From: Ministeria vibrans ATCC 50519
Lineage: Eukaryota > Protista > Filasterea
Direction of reading: 5' to 3'
DNA length: 64,000 nucleotides
NCBI GenBank assembly: GCA_943704425.1
Contig: CALSCP010002159.1
Coordinates: 62,001-126,000, forward strand
Position 1 is the stretch's first letter; the number at the start of each line of letters is the position of its first letter. Positions 35,348-45,210 of the stretch are shown here, in pieces. The notes beneath the pieces were generated by a model that worked only from the letters and a program-made list of their open reading frames with translations, was not told the DNA's origin and ran no database searches. Both the position numbers and the translations under genes were made by a program.

Positions 35348-37153
35348 CAACAACAACAACAATATAATAATAATATAATAATAATACATCTTCTATTTTC
35401 GTACGGGAACATTGGTTGTGTCGCTGGCACCCGTGTTGATGTAGATCATGTAGCCAGTGGTCGAGAGCCCCGTGTTGTTGTGGAATGTGTTGTCGCTCAC
35501 CAAGAACTGCAGAACAAAGTGAGAAACATGGGCGTTGAGCGGGAAGTGAAATGAAGTGAAGAAAACATACGCTGTCGATGGTCGCAACGTTTGCCATTAG
35601 CATTGCAATGTTGAGCGCATAGTTGAATTGATTGTTGATCTAAGAAAAAGAAGAAAAAAAGAAAAGAAAAAACTTAGGCGAGTCTTTGACGGTTGTATCG
35701 CGAGTAACTTACAAACGTGTTTCCTCGCACAATGTAGCCACCATTGCGGTACGACGTGTACCTTGTGCGTATATACAATCCACTGTGCAAAGTGTGAGCC
35801 AAAAACGAATGAATCTTGGAATTATTTGAAAATGAACGTACTAATTGGTGACACCACGAAAGGTTGAGTCGGTGACTGAAACTTTGCGAGCGGCGCCATT
35901 CTCAAAGTTGTAATAGTAGAAGGCAGAGTGGGTGTCGATAAAGGAACAGTTGTGGATGGATGCACTCCCGTAGTAATAGGAGTAGATGGCGTGGTTATTC
36001 AAGTGAGAGAAGGTGGAGTCGGTGACGGTGAGAGTGTTCAACCGATAGGCGTAGACGCCGTAGTGCGATGTGCTCGTCGTGATGGGATCGCGAACGGTTG
36101 TTCCCGTCACAATGCCGTATCCGTACCCATTTGAGCCGGCAAAGTAGATGGCGATCTTTGCGATGATGGTGCTGCGGATGTAACTGTTTGCCACGGCCAC
36201 GGTTGCATGTGTGCTGGTGCGATACGCAAAGTACATGGGGTAGTTGCCCGCACAGTCGTTGATGGTAACGCCCTGGAAGAGCGCATAGTCCACCGTCATA
36301 TCACTGCCGTACAAGCCTGAAAAGGGGGAAAAGAGACGGAGAAGAAAGAAACAAAAAGAAAAAGAAAAAAAAAAACAAGAGATGTTGTGTGAAGAAAGCG
36401 GTGAGTCAGTGCTTATCATTTCAGTGTGCATATTAATATGAACCTCCAAAAAGCGGAGCGTCGATGTGAACATTGTCGAGATAGGGTGCTTCGCCGCCCG
36501 AGAAGGTGATGGCAGCTGTTGAGCTGTAACACAGACGTAGATGGGACCACGACGAGAGAGGAGTGAGTGAGTGAGTGCCACAAAATGAAAAAAGCTCCCA
36601 CAAAAAAAGAAAGATTTTTAAAAAGGTGGAAACAGAGCAAAGAAAAGTGTACCTTTCGCCAGCCCATTCGATGACGGCGTGCTGGATCATGGAGCCACGG
36701 ACAAACTCTTGGCCGCTGCCGAGGGTGCCTTCGCGGTAGCGAGCGCCGGTGGCGGTGCTGGCAAAGAGGATGCCGCGCCAGCGAGTGGGCGGTTGCGTTG
36801 CCGATGTGAAATTCACGGGGAGGAGCGCCGTGCCGAGAACCTGTAGGTCGCCGTTGACGACCAGGCGAGCGCTGGCTTGAAGAGCGCGCACGACGACGCC
36901 TTTGTAGATATGGTGTGTGAGTGAGAAGTGCGAATCTGTCATTTTACGGATATCACGCTGCGGGTGTACCTGCTTCGATGGTGAGAACGACGCCAGCATT
37001 GACCGACACAGAGTCGGCGAGGTCAACAGGGCTGTCGGCGAGCGTCCACGTCGTGGTTGAAGCGACTTCCGTCGAGACTGTGACCGCATCAACTGAGATG
37101 CACAGCGTGGTGAGCGCGACCAGCAGCAGAGAGAGCAGGCTCGCTACCGACAT
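17175..37153 (-). CDS. Giant (~5,900 aa, estimate) type I membrane protein: signal peptide, 5 right-handed beta-helix modules, tenascin-type EGFs, IPT/TIG, Ig-like domains, unnamed conserved domain, 29 cbEGF, ZU5-like domain, 2 EGF, TM, short tail
   Basis: ATG at 37153 gives MSVASLLSLLLVALTTLCISVDA. A chain of minus-strand ORF fragments with GT-AG junctions repeats one module type and runs into the 3802-aa ORF. The last exon is 17175-28628. The TM segment VPVAVFVVIPLVLLMLLIGTVLLV is followed by RHRRR. Not every 5' junction was checked for phase. Confidence 0.85.
18868..19323. repeat. Two near-identical 228-bp coding tandem repeats (two EGF domains each)
   Basis: gcacactcatcc(g/a)cgttcacggcacacccaatgccggtgtagcccatgac... 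occurs at ~18868 and ~19096. Confidence 0.9.
19327..20010. repeat. Six near-identical 114-bp coding tandem repeats (one EGF domain each)
   Basis: Unit cactcgtcaatgtccacagagcactgcacgccagtgtagccagcagc... starts at 19327, 19441, 19555, 19669, 19783 and 19897. Confidence 0.95.
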
Positions 37154-38076
37154 GGCACGCAGAATCAGACAGTCGACAAAGGGGAAGTGTAATCGCCGGA
37201 AATAAATGATTGGAGACAGACTGGGGTCTGGGCGACGAGCTTGTACAATGACGGTCTTTTGTGCGTACGCATTTGGACATTCACATATGGCGCGAGCCCC
37301 TTTGGGTCCTGGGAGGGCACAGCGGCGCCCAGGGTATCTAGGGGGTGCGTGGCTGATAGGTGTACTGCTCCATTTGCTCATTGGTGGGGTAGAGGCGATA
37401 GCGACTCGCTTATCACACAAAGTCAGTCGACTTTGGTTGAAGGTTAAAAAAAGACGACGTTTGTGCGTTTGTCCGTGCCCTTCACGGCACACACACACAC
37501 ACGCGCGCCCATACACGACTTTAAAACTGATCGGCAGCGTGTACTACCCACTAATGAGACGATCATTCGAGACATCAGACAAGTGCGATACATTTCGATT
37601 TTTGAGCTAAGGAGTCGTATTTCTTATTCAATCAGTTCCTCCACTTTTACATTGTAATCTTCCTTCTCGGAGCAAATGCACCAAAAAGAAAGCGAACTTG
37701 TTTTAAACCATAAAGTACATGACCCATGACTGAGTGCAGAGTGATGACTCCATGACTCATGAGTCACTGCTATGGACGGTTGATAACGTCTGCTGTGAAG
37801 AGAGAGGAATCAATGTGGGACGCGCTGGGTGAAGTATGAGAAATCGGCAAAGACCAAGCAAGAGCAATCTCACACAGGGACGTAATGTCGTAAATCCTAA
37901 TTGTCATGAAGCACAATGGTAATTGGTAAGAACAAAAAAAATCGAATTATGGTTGTGTACTAAAATGTTAATCTGTGTGCGTGTGACTCACTCACTCTCT
38001 CACTCTCACTCCATCTTTCCCACGCTCGCTCTCGCACTCACTCTCGCTCTCTCACTCACCCACTCTATCAATCTAT

Positions 38077-38756
38077 CTACTCGTCATCGTCGTCCTCGTC
38101 GTCGTCACTCTCATCGGCACCGGCAAACTTCGAATAGTCGACTTTGTTGCGCGAGCGGCGAGATCGACTGCAGACGTATGAAAAGAAAGAAGAATAATTA
38201 CTATCATGTCCACACGATGAATGACGGCACATCATACCTGGGCAGAATGTTACTGGTATCAATGGCTTCGTCGCCAGACTCCATTTCACCCTCAAAGTCC
38301 TCGTCGTCCTCGTCGACTTCGTCTGCCTTCTTCGCCTTCTTCTTCGGTGGCTTCTACACTCAAAAAGTTCAAAAAGTGTCACGTCGCGACAGTCAAACAC
38401 AATCATAATCTTTACCTTGGTCTTGGCCTCCTCCTCCTCACCCTCCGATCCCGATTCCGATCCCGATCCTGATCCTGATCCTGACTCATCCTCATTGTCC
38501 TCAGGAGTCTCGTCCTCCTGTATTGTGAGAAACAGACAACGTCATGATCAATATATAAATATACATATATCCCGCGCGTGTGTGTACACCACATGCCAGT
38601 AATGACGTCCGCATTCACCATATCAATCACGCAAAAGTAGACGCATATAATATTATATCAATTTCATCACAAGAAGGAAAATGAATATCATAAGAAGGAA
38701 AATGAATAGTGTACCTCCAGCTCTCGCTTCTTTGACTCCTTAGAGACCTCCGCGCT
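38077..38756 (-). CDS. Small acidic histone chaperone with CHZ motif (Chz1/HIRIP3-like); 5' end unresolved
   Basis: Spliced: AEVSKESKKRELE|EDETPEDNEDESGSGS..EEEEAKTK|KPPKKKAKKADEVDEDDEDFEGEMESGDEAIDTSNILP|SRSRRSRNKVDYSKFAGADESDDDEDDDDE*. IDTSNI..RR.R.KVDY is the CHZ motif. Confidence 0.75.
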
Positions 38757-39256
38757 ACATCAGAAACCCAAACACAGTGTTATAATCTTAATCACCATTA
38801 CAATCCCGAGCGCAATCAAAAATTCTATCATTCTGGTGAATGTCACAACTCAACAGAACGAAAAAAAAAAATCGCAAAAGTGACGAAAAAAAAAAAGGTT
38901 GAATGGTGAAGACGCGGAAACACTTGCATCACACTAGAGTAGTGCTGGTGGGCACAACCTGCGGGGTAATCGGCGCGGCGTTGGCCAGCGCTTGTCAATA
39001 ACACACGAGGTTGACAGCAGCCAAGGCTGGACGAGCCACGCCGGCGCACGTGCCGGCGTCACACCCACCCGTCGACTGGGCAATCGCCACACGTGCACGC
39101 ACACAATCAAAGTCGCCTTGTCGCGCAAAGGAACGAAGCGCGTTCAAAAATGCACAACGCCCTCTGCTGCCCCCTCCATCTGCACCGCCACGGCCCACCC
39201 AGCCCTTCCACCACATGCACCATGCTTCAAACTCTCTCTATCTATTTCTCTATCTA

Positions 39257-39295
<39 letters not shown>

Positions 39296-39629
39296 GCGAC
39301 TGGGCCGAGCGCTTGCAATGAGAAACAAGTAAAACAAGAGAAGAGACACAAGACCGCACACAAACTGCCTCTTACGCGCTCTTATCCGACATGGTGTTCT
39401 GAGAAGGGTATGTGTTGCAGTAAAAGAGTGTCGCTGGGAGATTCAAGATTGTCAGATTGACTGAGGGGTCGAGTCGCAACTCTTCCATCATTGTCATTGT
39501 TCTACTCTGATCTTTCATTCACATTTGCCATTTATCAATCTTTTTGATTTGTTCGCTTGTAGTCTGCTGACCCTGCGACGATTCGCGAGCCCTCGGTATC
39601 CCATACTCATCACGCAGCGATTGTAAACA

Positions 39630-41713
39630 ATGGCGCGCCCGTCGGAAAAGGATAAGCTCAACAAGAAGCATCAGGTACACTCAAGGTGTCAACCGCTGCT
39701 TGGCCAGCTCTATCTGTGTGCCTCCGCTGCAGCCCCTCTGGCTGTTCGATTCGTTCCATCGAGAGAGGGTTTTTTTTCGATGTGTTTCTTTTTTGCCTTA
39801 ACAAGACGTTTCATCGAAATCCATTGCTTCATAAGGAGCCTAGCATGCGTATAGACCGATGTGGACCCATCCTTGCCGCCTGGGAATGATGCACAATCGA
39901 CTCTTTTTTGGAGGAGTGACGTTGCGAACTCTTTCCCTCCCGAAACTCTGCCACGCACCCTCTCGCCTCCCCTCTCCTTTACTCTCCGACCGCACACCAC
40001 CATGCGAGTCGTCATTGTCCAAAACTGCTCTGATCCATTGTGCGTTGTCTGCTTTTTTCCAACGATAGCAAATTCTGGTCTCAATGTTGGCCGACTCGGC
40101 CAACAAGGTCTGTGCAGACTGTTGCGAACGAGGTATGCTGTCGACAAACACCATGCCACCGAGCCCCATGCAGGATCTCTTTCCTTGTCTTCTCTCTCTC
40201 CCTTTTTTTTTCCTTCTTTTTTCGTTCATAATAATAATAATGCTTATGGCGTCGACTCTTTCCGCTCAGGTCCTCGCTGGGCCAGCTGGAATCTCGGTGT
40301 TTTCATCTGCATCAAATGTGCGGGCCATCATCGCAACTTGGGGACGCACATTAGCAAAGTGAAGAGCGTCACTCTGGATAGCTGGACACCACAACAGATT
40401 GAGGTAAGGTGTCTATATTTTTATCGTTTGTCAAGCATCATCACAATTGAATCGATGGCTCGCAAGTACTTCTCAATTTCACGTGTAGTTGCTGTTATTG
40501 TTGTTATATTATATTGTTGTTGTTGTTGCTGCTGCTTCTGTTGTTAACGAGGCACACTGAATTATGTACTTTTTGAGAGACACCTGTTGTTTTACAATCG
40601 AAGACGTAGTAATAATAGTAATAGTAATAATAATAATAATAATAATAATTTTCCTTCTCTTCGTTGTGTAGAATATTCAACAGTGGGGAAACGAACGGGG
40701 CAATCTATATTGGGAGGCAAATCTGCCACGCGACTTCCGCAAACCCGACTCGAACGCGCCCAATCTGGAGCAATGGATTCGCGCCAAGTATGAGCGCGCT
40801 CTCTACAAGGGCAGCATGCCACCCGCCGCGAATGGCGCCGGAAGTACCGCCGACCGTGAACAGGCCGAGCTTCAGGCACGCCGGGAGCGCAGAGAGCGCA
40901 AGGAACAGGAACAGCAGAAGAAGGAACAGGCGCGATCTCTCGCTGCTCCCCAGTCCGCCCCCGTCGCCACCTCTCCATTGCGCGCTCGTCGCACTGCCGC
41001 TCCCGCCGCTGCCCCCGCTCCCGTCACTGCCCCTGCTTCTGCTCCTGTTGCCACCAAGCCCGCCGCGCCTCAGTTCGACTTACTTGGCGACCTGGACGCG
41101 CCGACTACCACATCTGCCGCCGCCACTGACGACTTCTTCTCGTCCGCTCCCACCTCCAACTCGGCGCCGTCCTCGGCAGCGCCCGCCGCTCAAGGCGCAG
41201 TCTCTACAGACGCCTCAATGATGTCGTTTGCATCGACTCCCGCCTCGGCACCTCCCACCACTTCCAAGGACTCCATCATGAGTCTGTTTGCGGCACAGCC
41301 CCAAGCACAGCAAGTGCAGCAGCAGCCTGGCATGGGTATGGGCATGGGTGGCGGCATGCAGCCCCACATGATGATGGGCACTCCTCAGGCACAGGTCATG
41401 ATGCTCCAACAGCAACAACAAATGGTACGAACTCATTCTTATTCTCGTCGTTTCAACTCTTATGCTTTCTTTTGGGCTCTCTTTTTTTTTTTTGTCTCAG
41501 ATGATGCAACAGCGAATGATGATGGGAGGCGGCGGAATGCGGCCGCAGGGCCAGCAGATGATGATGGGCGGGGGAGCGTATGGAGGTGCGGGTATGGGGA
41601 ACATGGGCATGCAGCAGCAACCGCAGATGGCGTACATGCAGCAGCAGCAGCAGAGACCCCCGCAGCAGCAACAACAGCAGGGACACACCATGAACAGCTC
41701 ACTTTGGCAGTAG
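39630..41713 (+). CDS. SMAP: Stromal membrane-associated ArfGAP (SMAP1/2-like)
   Basis: ArfGAP zinc finger [44 protein letters not shown]; EQWIRAKYE; clathrin-box-like DLLGDLD; SKDSIMSLF; Met/Gly/Gln-rich tail. Confidence 0.92.
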
Positions 41714-41775
41714 TAAGGCCACGCAATACACCTATCTTCCTTGTGGAACATAGAACGACAACAACAGTGGAAGCT

Positions 41776-44700
41776 TTACTTGAGAATGGTTGGCAAGTAG
41801 CCAGTGTAGTAGTCAGCAATGGCCTGACCCCCCAGATCGGACGGATGGGTACCGCCGACAGTCGGGTTGATGCCGTCGACGCTCATGAGGGTACCCCACA
41901 GCTGGTCGCCCGTCACGTAGTACAGGTTCTTGTCCGTCTTGCTCAAGGCGTCAAAATCCGCGCGAAGTGCACTGCGTTTCGCCTCCTGTCCCTTGCGCTG
42001 ATCGTCAGAGCACCAGTCGTCGCCATAGGTTGTGCCCTCGACCATAAATATCGGTGCCGTCGCAAAGTTCTGGCGCAGGTAGTGCACAAGCGGCGTAGCA
42101 TTGTTGCCGATCGAATCCCCATTCATGTTGCTAAACGAAACCAAACTTGCTCTTTCACCAATCCTGTCGTTATCGTTGTGGTTCCATTTTCGTTACGGAT
42201 TGCAGTCGATGACAAATGAGCCTGCGTTGGGGATCTGGCGCAGAAATCGCGCCACTGATAGCTCCATTTTACCATTGCCAGGAAACCTAAGTGGCCGAAA
42301 AGCCAATCGGCATAAAATTAAAATAAAAATAATTAATAGTTGAAAATAGGAAAAACACATTCAACTAACCCAAAGTTATAGACTTCCCTTCCAATCTGAC
42401 GCAAAAAAAATCATGATTGTCAATAATAATGAATTATCTATCATTAGTTTCATACCTGACGCTGCGTGATTGTGGGATGATTCATTCCTAGCAAGAGTGA
42501 AAAAAAGTGTGAGAGAGTGTTCGAGAGAAAAATAAAATGATAGAATGCAGTGATTTAGAGAGAGATCAAGAGAGAGAATACAAAGTAAATCGCAAAGCTT
42601 GATTGAGGAGAGAATGCAAAAGTAATCAAGAGAGCAACAGGCCAGGTGGAAAACACACACAAGAAATCGACGGGTGCATAGTCGCTCCATTAATCTTGTC
42701 TTACCGCTTCGACCGGCAGCAGCAGATAAAATAGACGTGCCATACCACACAATGGGCAGTTTTCCAGGGCTGAAGGGTCCATCTGCCGCAATCGACGCAC
42801 CCGAAGGAACACCCACATGGAAATCAACCACTTGCGAGCGAAGAGGCAGATAGATGATGAAGCGTCTACATGAAACACGCGACAGATAAGCCACACATAC
42901 ATGCACACACGCGCGTGCTTACCGCTTCTTCTGGGGCATCCCCGAGATCATGGTCGCCGTGAGCGTTGATCCTTCAAAACCCGTGTAGACACAACCGGCA
43001 AAGCGCCAGACGTCGGTCTCTTCGTCAAAGGCGTACATATTGGCGCCCGCCGTCGCACTCAACGGCATGTGCCACAGCGACCTACATACAGACACAGTCA
43101 AAAGAAGACCATACTTTTGAGGAATTTCCAGGGTTGTACGTTGGCTTGCCCACAATAGTGTAGTTCACAGCAATGGATTCGGCGTCCGTCGTGAACGGTC
43201 CCACAAATATGCCCATCGCCAGTCTACAAAGAGTGTTCAATCCTCGACCTCTCCACCTCAAACCAGGTAATGTTGTTACCGCGAAAGGTTCCACACTGCG
43301 TCGCGTACAACCCCATCTGCTGCCTTAGGCAGTCGGTCATAGTACATCTCGCGCTGTGAATCCTCCGTGAAGTTGGCCCGTCCACCAATGCTGCACGCAC
43401 AAACAAACGTTAACCTTTGCCTCGCTCTACCTCCACCCGCAGTTACCCGAGAGTACGCGCATCCACATAGACAACGTCGTTGCGCGGAGGCACATGCGTT
43501 GTTTCCACGACAGTGGCTGCGTGCACTGTTGGCGCTGCCTCCCGCACTGTCTCCACACCAACAAGGCGTAGAGCACGCGCATGCGACATGGCTGGCGCCG
43601 TTGCAGCATTCGTCTCGGCAAGCAGTGGGGGGAGCACCTTTGCGTACACTTGTGCAATGGCACGCATACCCAAGTCGGTGGGGTGAGTTCCGGCGACAGT
43701 CGGTGAACGCAGCGTAGTGCCGTCCACAGTAAATAGCTGGTCGCCCGTCACATACGTCAGCTTGTCGACTCCCGCCGCCACCAAACGGTCGTAAGCAGCG
43801 CGCAACGCCTTACGCTTGGCCGCCTGATTCGACGCAACCGACGGCACAATCCACGACGTCCCGTACGTTGTGCCTTCCGCAAGCACAATAGGAACACCTG
43901 AAGACCATCAATGAGTAAGTAAGTGTCTAACATTATTAATTAAAATACAAAAAAAAATTATAATAATTATAACAACAAAAAAAGAGGGCGCGCAAAGAGG
44001 CAAGCCTTACCGGGACGACGTGCACGAATGTAGTTCACGAGTGGCTCAGTGTTGTTCGTGATCAGATCCGCTTGCATGTTGGGCAAGCAGTCAATGAGGT
44101 ACACGCTTGCCGGAATCTCCACAAGGTATTTCGCGACGTTCAGAGACATGAGTCCATCTTGAAAACAACCATCAGTGAGTCGATCGTCTATCCCCTTAAA
44201 AAAATTGTCTTACGTCCGGAAAATCCAAAGTTGTACACATCCGATCCAAGGCTGCGAGCAACCATGTTGGTCCATGCTTGGCCCGGTCGGGAGGCCACTG
44301 AACATGAAAGTAGGGCGAGAGTCAATGTGTGACAAGTTACATTTCGTATCCTGTTGTGCTACTCCTTCCGCCTTACCGCCCCCTTGCAGAATCGAGGTGC
44401 CATACGCCACGACTGGTAGGTGCTTGTACTCGGCAGTATCAGCGACAATCGTGTGCCCCCCAAGAATGCCAACATGCAGAGACACAGGCGCATTGTAGAG
44501 CGGCAGGTGCAGGCGAAAGCGTCGCATCGTTCCGTTCGTCGGAGCACTTGCCAAATTGCTGGCCAGGACATTGCTGGCAGATGGATAGTGGATCGTTTTT
44601 GTTGTGCCGACCCATCGCCAGGTCGCGTTGGTGGTCCACTGGTACAGATCGAGCCCAGAGACGCCTGAAAGACAACGCAAAAACGTAAACAATGACACAA

Positions 44701-45115
44701 AATAATGACACAAACTCAATGCCACTGCACACCTGTGCTCGGAAAATGGCCCATCTCCATGCCGCTCGACATCCATGTTGTGTTCAGACTAATCGACGTC
44801 GAATCCGTAAAGAATTGAACGTACCTACACCGCAAACGCAAAAGACGACAAAAGTCAGCAAACCCCCCAAAAAATACCAAAACTAACGACGATACAGACA
44901 ACCGCGTACATGCCAGCCGAGTCACGGCTCAGCGACCACACGGCACTCGTGACGTCATGCTGTGCAGCGGCGGGAAACCGATCGTAAGGAGAGTTTTTGG
45001 ACTCGACCGGAAAACCAGTCCCACGAATGCCCAGCGAGCGCGCGTCGGTCCACAGCGTGGTCGCACTCGAATACGCCACCGCCGCTGCCAACAGAGACAG
45101 TACAACAGCAAACAT
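41776..45115 (-). CDS. Secreted tandem-duplicated SGNH/GDSL hydrolase (GxDLY N-terminal domain + Lipase_GDSL_3-type domain, twice)
   Basis: Signal peptide MFAVVLSLLAAAVAYSSA. Module 1: SPYDRFPA..VWSLSRDSAG, GVSGLDLY, LHLPLYN, YGTSILQG, IDCLPN, GTHPTDLG. Module 2: GANMY, IYLPLR, YGTSIL, NFGFPGNGKME, IDCNPN, GTHPSDLG. Confidence 0.88.
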
Positions 45116-45210
45116 TTGAGGCTTTTATAATTTATTGTTGATTGATCAGTGAAAAGGGAAAGTCAAAAACTGAAGTCTCAAACTTATTTCAATTTTCACA
45201 ATTGAATTGA

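Noticed and set aside
37290-37350. GC-rich imperfect hairpin upstream of the giant gene, considered as a structured ncRNA
   Set aside because: The pairing is short and imperfect, and no RNA family motif was recognised.
40816-42219. 467-aa ORF apparently extending SMAP
   Set aside because: It reads through an intron (41424-41500) and then antisense into the SGNH gene. The spliced SMAP ends at 41713.
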